A stretch of DNA of 64,000 nt, taken from contig OZ024741.1 of the NCBI GenBank assembly GCA_964016885.1, forward strand, positions 330,646,001-330,710,000, written 5' to 3'. Under the pieces are notes generated by a model. The model was not told the DNA's origin, ran no database searches, and worked only from the letters and a program-made list of their open reading frames with translations. The translations under genes were made by a program, and so were the position numbers. Positions 39,578 through 52,878 of this stretch are shown one piece after another (within the stretch, counting starts at the first letter, position 1; the number at the start of each line of letters is the position of its first letter). This stretch comes from Eledone cirrhosa (lineage: Eukaryota).

Positions 39578-39870
39578 GGAGGCATGTGGCCTAGTGGTAA
39601 GAGTGTTGGACATACAATCATAATATTGTGAGTTCAATTCCTGGACTGGATTGTGTGCTGTGTTCTTGAGCAAAACATTTCATTTCATGTTGCTCCAGTA
39701 TAATCAGCTGAAAATGAGTATCAGCTATAGCTGGGGCTTTAACCCTGTGATGGATTGGTGTCCTGTCTAAAGGGAGTCTTGTACTCTCAGTTGCTTAATG
39801 CCACAGACACCGGGATAAGAACTGGCCTGATGAGTCTCCGGCTTGTAAATAGACAGACTTTTTAGAACTA
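39578..39870 (+). mobile_element. tRNA-derived SINE
   Basis: ggaggcatgTGGCCTAGTGGtaaga (A box) and GAGTTCAATTCCtgg (B box), followed by a CORE-like cttgagcaaaacatttc segment. Confidence 0.75.
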
Positions 39871-39976
39871 AAGCAACAAGATATCAAGCGTCTTGCTCAA
39901 GGACACAATTTGCCGTCTGGTCCAAATATAAAACCCACAAACCATGTATAAATATTCAAATTAAAACCAAGCTTAC

Positions 39977-40091
39977 CTGCCAATTCTCCAGTGGCAGCTG
40001 ATACACCAATGTAGTATCCTGTAGGTAAATGTACACCTTTTACTATAAAACATTCTTTCCAAATGTTTTTGCCATCAATATCTGTGTATAC
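39977..40091 (-). CDS. LMAN2: VIP36/LMAN2-family exon (lectin domain)
   Basis: ttttacag| VYTDIDGKNIWKECFIVKGVHLPTGYYIGVSAATGELA |gtaagc; 115 nt, phase 0 to 1. LPTGYY.G.SAATG motif. Confidence 0.95.
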
Positions 40092-40239
40092 CTGTAAAAA
40101 AGATATTATATTTAAATCTTGATGTCCTATACAGTATGTAACCATAGTATTTTGACATTCTTGAAAAGTACAAAACAGCAATATGATAACATCACATTCA
40201 TATTAATGTTTTTAGACTAATACAGGTAGACTAAAAGGA

Positions 40240-40735
40240 AGGGAAGACTTTGTAGAAGAAACACAGGTGTAACCGAGGGAAAGATAGCTATTCCCATCAC
40301 AGGAAGGATCCATAGTAGTGGTTGATTGCGTCTGCTATCTAGGCAATGTAATTAGCAATGGTTGAGGGTGCTCTGAGAGCATACTAGCAAGAATAAGGAT
40401 AGGATGGAATATGTTAGGGAGCTACTCCTACTGTTGACCACAAAAGATTTCTCCCTACATACAAAAAGATGACTGTATGACACCTGTGTGCAAAGTGAGA
40501 TGCTGCATTGTATTGAAACATGGGCTCAGACTACAATAGTGTGCTAGCTTTAACATTCGGTAATCAGAAGGGAAGTAGGTGTAAAAGCCAAACTCGCTAT
40601 CTTCAATTCAGTATTCATGCCAACCCTTACCTATGGTCATGAATCTTGGGTAATGACTGAAAGATAAAATCGCGAATACAAGCAGCTGAAATGTGGTTCC
40701 TCTTAAGGGCCTTTGGAGTAATGTTACTTGTACAA
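40240..40735 (+). mobile_element. Two adjacent old RTE LINE fragments
   Basis: 40310-40530 is a decayed version of the YLG..GGCSES..ARIRIGW region. 40570-40730 reads EVGVKAKLAIFNSVFMPTLTYGHESWVMTER, from a different RTE family. Confidence 0.65.
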
Positions 40736-40776
40736 CATTCTACCAACTAAAAAAAAAAACTGTTTAATCAACTTAC

Positions 40777-40938
40777 GAATAATATATTGTCAATATATCT
40801 TATTGATATGTGGGTATCGTGGTGTTTGTTTCTAAAGTGGGCTTCACAACCGGAAAGTTCTGTATGGGTGCCATCAGCATCATGATCGTACGAAAGAGAA
40901 CCATTATTTACCATGGCTGATATATAAGGATGGGCATG
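40777..40938 (-). CDS. LMAN2: VIP36/LMAN2-family exon (lectin domain)
   Basis: ctcaacag| HAHPYISAMVNNGSLSYDHDADGTHTELSGCEAHFRNKHHDTHISIRYIDNILF |gtaagt; 162 nt, phase 0 to 0. PYISAMVNNGSLSYDH.DG..TEL.GC is typical of VIP36/VIPL. Confidence 0.96.
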
Positions 40939-41433
40939 CTGTTGAGAAAATATAGACAATAAGTATATATAAATAAAACAAAATGAAATGACAGAGTAGA
41001 TTCCTTAAACCATTTAATAGCTTTACAAATGTTTCAATATATCTTATTCAACTAATGCTTATGTTATTTCAATTTAGTTGAAGAAAAATGTTAAGTATTA
41101 CAAAGCATTATTAAATATTGTATTTCAGAAGCACTATAAATGATTATACAATGACCTGGGATTTATTCAGCAAACCCTCTCCAAGAAAAATTGTATTTTC
41201 AGAGAATTGCATCCTTAATGAAAATATAGAGTGAAGGGCCATGAAAATATTTATTTGATCCAAAGTGATCATAAAAGGAAAAAAGTTTTAGAAGGTCTGC
41301 AATAAATAATAGTTACTAAAACAAGCAAAAAAATATAATTTGCTAAATTCTAGTAGTGAGCCAGTAAATATTTGAAATGAGTTGAAATTATTTGAGTGTT
41401 TTGAAAATATTGAAAATAAATCTTGAGTCTTAC

Positions 41434-41516
41434 ATTGTGTGGTCCATTATGGTTACTGTAAGTATCCAGAAAAATTGATAAACCAGAGAAAAAGTCACGG
41501 TTCCCAAATACAGGTC
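41434..41516 (-). CDS. LMAN2: VIP36/LMAN2-family exon (Ca2+/mannose-binding loop)
   Basis: gatttag| (G)PVFGNRDFFSGLSIFLDTYSNHNGPHN |gtaaga; 83 nt, phase 1 to 0. GPVFG and DTYxN motifs. Confidence 0.96.
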
Positions 41517-43714
41517 CTAAATCAAAGAGAAATATGAAAAAGTAGCAAAACAAACTAACAACATTTGGTCGCTATATGAACCCTTCTGAAACCCGATTCA
41601 ATATATTTTCTTCTCAATTCTCCTCAAGATATTATGAAGTATGAGATGTTATAACATTCATGTATTTGTACGTTGTTTTTTTCACAAGAGTGAAAACTAG
41701 AATAAAATAAAACACACAAGACAACAGTTTATACTTTGAAAAGGTTCCTGTTTAAATTATAATCTCCCAGCATGATTTTATATAAGAACCCTGTTAATTT
41801 GAAACAAAATAAAATTTACAGCTAATATCTGTGCAGGTTTAGCTGGCCTCCAATGTATATCTCATCGGAGGTTTCTCAGGTGTTTTAATCATAGGGATCT
41901 GAGTCCTATCATGTTACAGCTCACATCTATGCAGGTTTAGGTGGCCTCCTACAAAGTTGCATCTCATAGGTTTCCCAAGTGTTTTAATAATAAGGAGCCC
42001 TGTCCTACCATGTTATTGTTACAGCTCTCCCCTACGTAGGTTTAGATGGCCTCCTACAAGGTTACATCTTATAAGTTACTCATGTGTTTTAATGATAGGA
42101 ATTTCCAGTCATATCATTAAAAGCAACATGAAATGAAGTGTCTTGCTCTACAACAAAATACACTGCCTGATCCAGCAACCAAACCCATAAACTTATGATC
42201 TTGAACATCCTAATCATTAGATTACTATTTTAGTAATTAAATAATAGCTTTAGTAAATTCCTCAAAATTTTTCATTAACCCCTAACATCATGTAATGATT
42301 TCATAGAAAATACCAAAATACAGGTTTGATAATTCAAATGTTTATAGTATCTTTATTAGTGGACAAATCTTTGTAAAAATTTGCAGTAAACTAAAGTAAA
42401 AACTATTTTTTAATGAGATACAGCCATAGAGCTTTTTTATTTTGTACTTTTCAAGAACATCTTACTAATGTGGTTTCATGTAGTACAGTATGTTAAGAGT
42501 TAAGTGAAATAGTATGTATTTAATTTGAAATATAGAAATTCTTACAACAACAATAGGATATATTAAATTATTGCTTCAATATCATAAACTATGTCTAAAT
42601 TGAGTTTGATGTTTATGAGAAAAAAAAAAATCAATAAAATATGTTGCCCCCACTACAGCAGCTGTTCAGAAAATACCAATTAAATACAAAGTTCTTTTCA
42701 GTTCATTGATAATAAAATACACTTGGTGTCAGCATTGTAACTAAAGTGAAGGTGCTAATAAATACATCTGCTACAAACAGGTCACATGAGACTTTTCACA
42801 GGAACCACAGGTAGCTAGGTTTACCATTTGGATACCAAAACACTTGATCTTGGCATTTTAACTAAAGTGAAGGTGTTATTACATCTGCCACATACATGTC
42901 ACATGAGACTTCTCATACATATTACAGAAACCACAGGTAGCTAGGTTTACCATTTTATTACAATGTTGAGATCAAGGGGTTTGGTAACTAAAGTGAAGGT
43001 GTTCATCATCATCATCATCATCATTTTACGTCCGCTTTTCCCTGCTTGCAAGGGTGGGACGGGAACTGATTCTAGCTTGATTTCTACAGCTGGATGCCCT
43101 TCCTAACACCAACCTCATTTACAGTGAGTGCTGGGTGCTTTTTTTGCCTGGCATCTCCACGACCACTTTGCAATGGAATGAATACATTTTAAATACATTT
43201 GCTACAAACATGTCACATGAGACTTCTCATACATATCAAAAGAATCACAGGTAACTAAATTTACCCTTTTGATAACAAACCACTTGACCTCAGCATTGTG
43301 ACTAAAGTGAAGGTGTTAATCTGATCCGAATTGACAAGACACCAGACCTCATTCATTTGCTTAACGAGTGGGGTGGAACTCAGCAAATCGGACCAAGGTA
43401 ACAATGTTTCCATTGGCCTTTCCAATTGTTAATACTATCTACTGGTCGCAGCTCCTGCCAGAAGGAGCAATGTGAAATAAAATGTCTTGCTTAAGTATAC
43501 AATGCATCGCCTGACCCAGGAATTGAACCCATAACCTCACAAGTGTGCATAAAACTCATTTACAACTGAGCCACATGCCTTTAATACATCTGCTATAAAC
43601 ATATCATATGAGACACAACACATATATCATAGGAACCACAAGTAGCTAGGTCTACCATTTTGATACTAAACCACTATAACAAATTTTGCCAATCTAACTT
43701 CGTAAAACAATGAT

Positions 43715-44340
43715 TTTTAATTTAGGTACAAGATCAGCAATTTGAGGAAAGAGGAAAGTTAAAGTAGCAGTGTGTGTTACACGTACTTTATTTTATCGAC
43801 CACGTAAGGATGAAAAGCAAAGCTAAGCTTGGCAGGATTTGAACCCAAAACATAAAGGGATTTAACTATATGCCACAAAGCATGTTGTCCAACACTCTAC
43901 TTATACTGCTAATCTACCGCCTTTAATAATTGTTTCTACTTTTGGCACAAGACTGGCAATTACCCAGTACATTACTGGTACTTTATTTTATCAACCTCTG
44001 TATGGATGAAAGGAAAGTTAACCTCGGCGGAATTTGAACTCAGATCGTAAAGGGACGTAACTATGCTGGAAAGCATGTCCGACCCTCTACCGATACTGCC
44101 AATTCACCGCCCTTAATAATAATGATTTCTGGTTTAGACACAGGCTTTAGACACAATTTGGGAGGAGGGAAAAGTCGATTAAATCGACCACAATTTATTA
44201 CTGGTACTTTATTTCATCAACCCCCATAAGGATGAAAAGCAAAGCTAACTTTGGTGTGATTTGAACTCAGGCCATAACTATATGCCGCCAAGCATGTTGG
44301 CTGACGCTCTATAAATTACTGCCAATCCACAGCATTCACA
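43715..44340 (-). mobile_element. Cluster of three tandem SINE copies
   Basis: The module tactttattttatc..ggatgaaa..aaag..gatttgaac(t/c)ca recurs at ~43785, 43975 and 44200. The same family is seen near 20350, 21060, 27270 and 28035. Confidence 0.7.
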
Positions 44341-45254
44341 TATTGATAACAATAATAAAATATTTATTTCAATTAAATCTATCATTTGAAAAGTTGAGTC
44401 ATTGGAACTTTAACAATTAACTGTAGTGAAGGTCAACTATGTCAGCTTATGTCAATTAATATTTGACAGATCTGTCAAATATTTATGTCAACTATTAGTA
44501 AACATTTAACAGAACAGCATTTCAGTTTTAGTTTGAAAAATTAGAATAAAATATTTAACATAGATTTCGGAATGGCTGTGGTGAAGATGTTAACCTTGCT
44601 ACACTGATACCGCATTTTGGGGGTTCAATCCCACAACACCATGGCTAACTATTTTCTACCAGAATATTACGATGTAGAAGACCATCATGTGTATATACAT
44701 ATATATATATATATATATACATACAGACACATAAATATATGTTTATGTGTGTGCAATATATATACATACGCATAAACACGTGCATATATATATATCTATG
44801 TGCGTACATGTTTGTGAGTGTATGTACAGACATAAACATATAGACACATATGTGCATATATATGTGTTTGTGTGTATACACATATATGTGTGTATATGTG
44901 CACATGTGTGAGTGTATTTCTGTATTCACGTTTTTTATCTATCTACATAAAAGCTGATGTTGCGCCAAGAGGTAACTAAACCATTTAACAAATCAATAAA
45001 ATAAGTACCAGATCAATAAAATATAAGTACTGGTGTTAATATGATTGATTTTAAGGCAGTGCTACAGAGAGGGAGGGTTCGCACCAGGTTTAAAACATCC
45101 CCAAACATGCCACAACTTCAGGAGTTTAGAGCTCATAGCATGGCAATTTCAAATAACTCATAAGACAATATAAACCTAGTGAGCTCCATGCGATCTCTGG
45201 TGTACCACACAAGAAACGCATCCCCATATAACAGATAAGAAACTATAAACCTAC

Positions 45255-45369
45255 CGAGCTCCATGCGATCTCGGGTGTACCACACAGTAAACCCATCACC
45301 ATAAAGTGTTCGACCTGATCCATGAACTTTGAATTGTATTTGTAATTCCCAATTTCTAATTAAGACAGG
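45255..45369 (-). CDS. LMAN2: VIP36/LMAN2-family exon (5'-most exon found in the window)
   Basis: ctgttgcag| PVLIRNWELQIQFKVHGSGRTLYGDGFTVWYTRDRMEL(G) |gtaggt; 115 nt, phase 0 to 1. WE...FKVHG and GDG..WYTRDR motifs of VIP36. Confidence 0.96.
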
Positions 45370-45524
45370 CTGCAACAGAGACAAAAGAAGAAATTTATAA
45401 TACATTTATATGAGACAGAATATTGAATAAAATAAATATATTTTGAATATAGTAATTCTTGTATGAATTAATATTTGTATCTAGCTCATATATTCTGTAT
45501 ATACAGAGAGTTTATATACATATA

Positions 45525-46740
45525 TATCATCATCATCATCATCATCATCATCAGGTTTAGCGTCCGTGTTCCACGCTTGCATGGGTTTGGACGGGGGTTT
45601 TCCCACTTGAGGCAAGAGTGGTTGTCTTGCTCGCATAGGACTGTCTGGCGGGTTTTCTACAGTTGGATGCCCTTCCTAACACCAACCACATTTACAGTGT
45701 GGGGCTGGGAGGTTTTTACCGTGTTGCCTACACGGCCACATTACAGCGTGGACTGTCTGGCGGGTTTTCTACAGCTGGATGCCCTTCCTAACACCAACCA
45801 CATTTACAGTGTGGGGCTGGGAGGTTTTTACCGTGTTGCCTACACGGCCACATTTACAGCGTAGACTGTGTTTTTTGTCGTGACACCTACACGATCTCAT
45901 TTGTTTCGGCCTGGATGTTGTGGGACCAACATAACTTTACATTGAAAGGGGCGGTGTGGGTGGGGTGGAGGTGGTGGGACGGGGGTGTGTTTTGATAGAG
46001 ATGCCTACTGACTGTAGTAGGTTTTTACTTTGTATTTAGGTAAGGCGGGTCTTCTCTATTACTGAGTACCGCCAAAGGTCTCGGTCCAGTGACATTGTCT
46101 TGGAGAGGTGTAAGCGTGTGAGGTCGGAATTTATCAGCTCGTCCCATGTTTTTCTGGGTCTGCCTACTCCGTGGCTACCGTCTATCTTTATTGCCCTGCA
46201 CTTTGTTATACAGCTGTCGTCTTTCATGCGCATCACGTGACCGTACCAACGTAGCCTTCTCTCGAGTAAACAACATCTGATCCCTCTTATTTCTAATTTT
46301 TTCCTTAGTTCGTTTATGCTTTGCCGTTCACGTATATTACTATTGCACATCCAGCGGAGCATGCAAGCTTCGTTCCTCTCTAGTCTGCGTATATCCTCTG
46401 CACACAATGCCCAGGTCTCACTGCCATGCAGCATTGCTGTTCGTATGCAGGCATCGTATAACCTGCCTTTCATTTTTAGGGAGAACCCTCTAGCGGCTAA
46501 TAGTGGTATAAGCTCTCTGAACTTTTTCCATCCAGTTCTGACTCTAGCTACTGTACTTTCAGAGCACCCTCCCCCACTGCTGATTTTGTCACCCAGATAA
46601 CGGAAGCTGTCCACTATTTCTATAGAACCCTCTGCGCAGTTGAAGGAGCTAGTATTTTGTGGGCACTTGCTGCTACTTATTGCACCAGAGCACCGGCCAC
46701 ATGTAAAATCTATGTTCTTAGTTAGCTTACCTGTGATCCC
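45525..46740 (-). mobile_element. 5'-truncated RTE LINE with a ~112-bp tandem duplication in its 3' UTR
   Basis: ORF portion GITGKLTKNIDFTCGRC...EKTRLT is near-identical to 50248-50945. (TGA)n tail at 45525-45553; UTR segment duplicated at ~45641/45753. Confidence 0.95.
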
Positions 46741-47004
46741 ATATAGTAATAACGAATACAAGACGAAAATCTGAAGAGAACTCAATAAGGATTGTATATA
46801 TATACATACAAGTATATATAAACCCATAGAGCAAATATTTATTATAGTTCACATTAAAAGTTGTCTTCTTGTTTTCTAAAGGCAATATTTGGTCGTAACT
46901 TTTTTGAAGTATTTACTTCTGTGTATGCAGATACATTTTTCGCAGTTTCAGAAGGTATCACTTAGGGTGAAAGCAGTAATTTATTGCTTAAACTTTTAAT
47001 CTGT

Positions 47005-47057
<53 letters not shown>

Positions 47058-47567
47058 TGTTCGTTAATACGGGGTTCTCACTTAAACCTACTCTTACAAA
47101 TATTTTAAATATATTTGTTACTTCAAACTCTTAACAATATTTCAAATATATGTTATTATTTCAAACTCTTAATTCCCGCTCCTTAATATCTTCTTCCCCT
47201 CCACCACACTCTACAACATGCGGTCAAATCACCACCACCACCCACCCCTCTCTCTCTCTCTCTACCCAACCCAGATACATATATAAGACAAAGTAATTCA
47301 CTTTCGCCAAACTTGTGGCTGTAACTTCATTCATTCATGGTTATAATGTAATGTACTCATTTTTCTACCTCTTCTGACATACGCCTAACTCCATAGTCAG
47401 TCCTTCCAACAGCATTTTTAGTCCTTCCAATAGCATTTTTTTTTTTTTTTTTTTTTTTTTCTATCCTCTTTCCATTCTCCATGTATTTTCCAAAACAAAT
47501 CTCTTGTATTTCTGTCATGCTTGTAAAAATACGGAAGTTTTTGACGTATTTTACTAAACAAATCTTG

Positions 47568-50500
47568 TATTTTTGTTCGTTAATACGGGGTTCTCACTTA
47601 AACCTATCCTTCTCGCTAACAACTCAACACCCCTCCCTCCCGCCCCCACACACCACCATTATTATTACGTGGACCAATCATAAGCCAGAGGCCTATACTA
47701 TCGCTTACCTGGTCGCCTTCGATATGTAGGATGGAAGGGCTACGGAGTTCCGAAGAGTTGAAGAGAGAAAAATCTGGACGCTCAGCGACAATGCCAAAGT
47801 TAAAGACAATCACACCTCGAGGACGAAAATGCGAGCATGCCTCTTTGTTTCGGCCGCGGATGGCTAACATAACCCCATCTCCCCCCGCTCCCCACCTTTC
47901 CAACCCCCCAAACGCAATCCAAAACTTCAGATTTGGTACCTTGAATGTAGGCACCCTAAAGGGTCGCTCTAACGAGGTTGTAGAAATGCTTGAACGTAAG
48001 GAGGTCGATGTTTGTTGTATTCAAGAGACCAGGTGGAGGGGTGGATCTGCTAGATACATTGTGGGTAGAAAACGATGCTATAAGCTTTTCTGGGTGGGAA
48101 ACGACAATGGGCTGGGTGGAGTAGGAATCATGGTAGCAGAAAAGTGGGCAGATAAGATAATAGACGTAAATAGAGTGAACGACAGAATAATTAAAATAAG
48201 ACTTGTCCTCAATAGAACTACGGTGACAGTAATATCCGCGTACGCACCCCAATCCGGACTGCCCAGCACTATAAAAGACAGATTCTATGAGACACTGATG
48301 CTCACTACCTCCCAAATAACCGACAGTGACTATATAATTATTGCAGGCGACCTAAACGGTCACGTTGGACAACATTGTGACGGCTACAACGAAATCCATG
48401 GAGGCTATGGGTTTGGTACTAGAAATGAGGAAGGCTCCAGAATCCTGGAATTCTGCGACGCAAATAACCTAACTATCTGCAACACTAACTTCAAAAAACG
48501 AGACAATCACTTGATCACCTACAGATCAGGGGAACATACTAGCCAGGTAGATTATATCCTTACCAGAAGACGTGACAAAGTGACTGTCGTAAACACTAAA
48601 TCCCTCCCCCATGAAGAATGCACTTCCCAACATAGACTGATAATTAGCGACCTAATAGTCAGGACGAGACGTACTAGACAACAGAAGAGGACTATCCTCA
48701 GGAGAAAAATATGGAAGCTAAAGGACCCCACAGCCAAAAATAAATTCCAAAGCATATTACTTGATGCTTTCGACAGTGAGGAAGAGCAATTAGAGACGTA
48801 CAAGGTAGAGGAACAGTGGGAATTCCTGAAAGCAAACCTGCTGACGGCGGCAGACGAAGTCTGTGGCTGGAGCAGGCCTGTAGGCAGGAGGAGAGTAACA
48901 TGGTGGTGGAACAGTAAGGTGGAGGGGTCAATTAAGGCCAAAAAGCAGGCTTGGAAAGTATGGCGGGATGGGGGAAGCAGAGAAGACTATCAAGTGGCCA
49001 GGAGGGAAGCTAGGAGACAAGTGTACTTCGCAAGAAGGGAAGCAGAGGAAAGAAAGTTCAAGCATGTTCTACAACGCGATGACCAAAAACGTGAGGTGTT
49101 CAGAATTGCTAGGCAATGTGTCAAGGAAAACAGTGATATTGTCGGGGAGAAGTGTGTACTTAACGATGACGGCATACTTGCCATCACCGACGCCGATAAG
49201 AAGGTAGCTTGGAAGTGTCACTATGAAAGGCTACTAAATGAGGAGAATAAATGGGAGAAAGACAGTCTCCCCCACATCGACCCAATAGAGGGACCAGCAG
49301 TGTTAGTCGAGGGTAGTATAATAAGTAAGGCAATAAAAGATATGAAGACAGGCAAGGCGGCTGGGCCTTCGGAAATAGTTGCCGAGATGCTGAAGGCATC
49401 TGGTACGGTGGGACACACCATGGTCACCCAGATAGTCAACCAAGTCATACAGAATGGGGTTGTTCCGAAGGACTGGCGCAGCAGCATTATCGTTAACTGT
49501 TATAAGGGTAAAGGAGATGCCCTAGATAGGAGTAACTATAGAGGCATTAAATTAATCGACCAGGTCATGAAGGTCACGGAAAAAGTTATAGCGCAACTAA
49601 TCAGAGAGCAAATTGATCTAGATGAAATGCAGTTCGGGTTTGTGTCAGGAAAAAGTACCACAGACGCTCTTTTCATTGTACGACAACTACAGGAGAAGTA
49701 CCTAGCTAAAAGTAAACCCCTATACTTAGCTTTCGTCGACTTGGAGAAGGCCTTCGACAGAGTCCCCCGTTCCATTATCTGGTGGTCTCTTAGAAAACTA
49801 GGTGTTGATGAATGGCTTGTGAGAGCTATACAAGCCATGTATAAAGAAACAGTTAGCAAGGTTAGAATTAACAACGAATATAGTGAAGAGTTTAGTGTAA
49901 AAGTTGGTGTTCATCAGGGCTCTGTTCTTAGCCCCCTACTATTTATTATTGCCCTCCAGGCTATAACAGTGGAGTTCAAGACCGGTTGACTCCTATACGC
50001 AGATGATCTAACGCTCATAGCTGAATCAATGGCCGAGCTAGAGAAGAAATTCCAAACATGGAAGCACGGCCTAGAATCAAAAGGCCTTAAAATTAACCTA
50101 GCTAAGACTAAAGTTCTAGTTTGTAAGAAAGAAAATAAGGCGGCGGTCCCCTCCGGGAAGTGGCCATGCGCAGAGTGTAGGAAAGGCGTAGGTAGAAATT
50201 CCATTTTGTGTCCCAAATGCAAAGTTTGGGTGCATAAAAGATGTAGTGGGATCACAGGTAAGCTAACTAAGAACATAGATTTTACATGTGGCCGGTGTTC
50301 TGGGGATATAAGTAGCAGCAAGTGCCCACAAAATACTAGCTCTTTCAACTGCGCAGAGGGTTCTATAGAAATAGTGGACAGCTTCCGTTACCTGGGTGAC
50401 AAAATCAGCAGTGGGGGAGGGTGCTCTGAAAGTACAGTAGCTAGAGTCAGAACTGGGTGGAAAAAGTTCAGAGAGCTTATACCACTATTAGCCGCTAAAG

Positions 50501-51304
50501 GGTTCTCCCTAAAAATGAAAGGCAGGCTGTACGATGCCTGCATACGAACAGCAATGTTGCATGGCAGTGAGACCTGGGCATTGTGTGCAGAGGATATACG
50601 CAGACTAGAGAGAAACAAAGCTTGCATGCTCCGCTGGATGTGTAATAGTAATATACGTGAACGACAAAGCATAAACGAACTAAGGAAAAAATTAGAAATA
50701 AGAGGGATCAGATGTTGTTTACTAGAGAGAAGGCTACGTTGGTATGGTCACGTGATGCGCATGAAGGATGATAGCTGTATAACAAAGTGCAGGGCAATAA
50801 AGCTAGACGGTAGCCACGGAATAGGCAGACCCAGAAAAACCTGGGACGAGCTGATAAACACCGACCTCACACACTTACACCTCACCAAGACAATGTCACT
50901 GGACCGAGACCTTTGGCGGTACTCAGTAATAGAGAAAACCCGCCTTGCCAGTAGGCATCTCTAACAAAATACACCCCGTCCCACCAACACCACCCCATCC
51001 ACACCACCCCGTTCTATGTAAAGTTATGTTGGTGCCGGGCCATCCAGGCCGAAACAAATGAGATCGTGTAGGTGTCACGACAAAAAAACACACAGTCCAC
51101 GCTGTAATGTGGCCGTGTAGGCAACACGGTAAAAACCTCCCAGCCCCACACTGTAAATGTGGTTGGTGTTAGGAAGGGCATCCAACTGTAGAAAACCTGC
51201 CAGACAGTCCTATGCGAGCAAGAAAATCACTCTTGCCTCAAGTGGGACTACCCCCGTCCAAACCCATGCAAGCGTGGAACACGGACGTTAAACGTTGATG
51301 ATGA
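47568..51304 (+). mobile_element. Near full-length RTE-clade LINE (5' boundary uncertain, may extend to 47052)
   Basis: APE endonuclease (GTLNVGTL, CIQETRW, SAYAPQ, GDLNGHVG, QVDYIL), RT and PHD insert, 3' UTR and (TGA)n tail; (TA)n tracts on both sides. Confidence 0.97.
47731..50964 (+). pseudogene. RTE ORF (EN-RT-PHD) broken by one in-frame TGA at 49987-49989
   Basis: ORFs 47731-49989 and 50029-50964 are in the same frame. Comparison with the 33036-34370 copy shows a 9-nt deletion that creates the stop. Confidence 0.92.
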
Positions 51305-51333
51305 TATATATATACATATATATATATACATAC

Positions 51334-51380
<47 letters not shown>

Positions 51381-51381
51381 C

Positions 51382-51412
<31 letters not shown>

Positions 51413-51492
51413 CATATATATATATATATACATATATACATATATATATATATATACATATATACATACATATATACATATATATACATATA

Positions 51493-51524
<32 letters not shown>

Positions 51525-51791
51525 CATATATACATACATATATACATATATATATATATACACATATATATACATATATATATATATACATATATATATA
51601 CATACATATATATATACATATATATATATATACATATATATATACATATATATATATATACATATATATATATACATATATATATATACATATATATATA
51701 CATATATATATATACATATATATATACATATATATATATACATATATATATACATATATATATATACATATATATATACATATATATATAC

Positions 51792-51838
<47 letters not shown>

Positions 51839-52001
51839 CATATATATATATACATATATATATATACATATATATATATACATATATATATATACATATA
51901 TATATATACATATACATATATATATATACATATATATATATACACATATATATATACACATATATATATACACATATATATATATACATATATATATATA
52001 C

Positions 52002-52046
<45 letters not shown>

Positions 52047-52099
52047 CATATATATATACACATATATATATACATATATATATACATATATATATATAC

Positions 52100-52130
<31 letters not shown>

Positions 52131-52243
52131 CATATATATATACATATATATACATATATATATATATACATATATATATATACATATATATATATACATA
52201 TATACATATATATATATACATATATATATACATATATATATAC

Positions 52244-52294
<51 letters not shown>

Positions 52295-52331
52295 CATATA
52301 TATACATATATATACATATACATATATATAC

Positions 52332-52362
<31 letters not shown>

Positions 52363-52878
52363 CACATATATATATATACACATATATATATACACATATA
52401 TATATACACATATATATATATACACATATATATATATACACATATATATATATACACATATATATATATACACATATATATATATACACATATATATATA
52501 TACACATATATATATATACACATATATATATACACATATATATATACACATATATATATATACACATATATATATATATACACATATATATATATACACA
52601 TATATATATATACACATATATATATATACACATATATATATATATATACACATATATATATATACACATATATATATATACACATATATATATATACACA
52701 TATATATATATACATATATATACACATACATATATATACACATACATATATATATATACATATATATACACATATATATATATATATACATATATATACA
52801 TATATATACACATATATATATATATATACATATATATACACATATATATATATATACACATATATATACATATATATA
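51305..52878. repeat. (TA)n/(TACA)n compound microsatellite
   Basis: Continuous TA repeats interrupted by CA. Confidence 0.97.

Noticed and set aside
39578-39655. tRNA gene
   Set aside because: A and B boxes are present but there is no full cloverleaf. It continues into a SINE body and has several diverged copies in the window.
49987-49989. Programmed readthrough or selenocysteine TGA in the RTE ORF
   Set aside because: The sister copy shows the stop arose from a 9-nt deletion that also removes conserved residues before YADD.
33316-50672. Antisense ORFs overlapping the RTE copies (e.g. 33640-34083, 48552-48941, 49914-50348)
   Set aside because: Shadow ORFs of the RT coding strand with no independent evidence.
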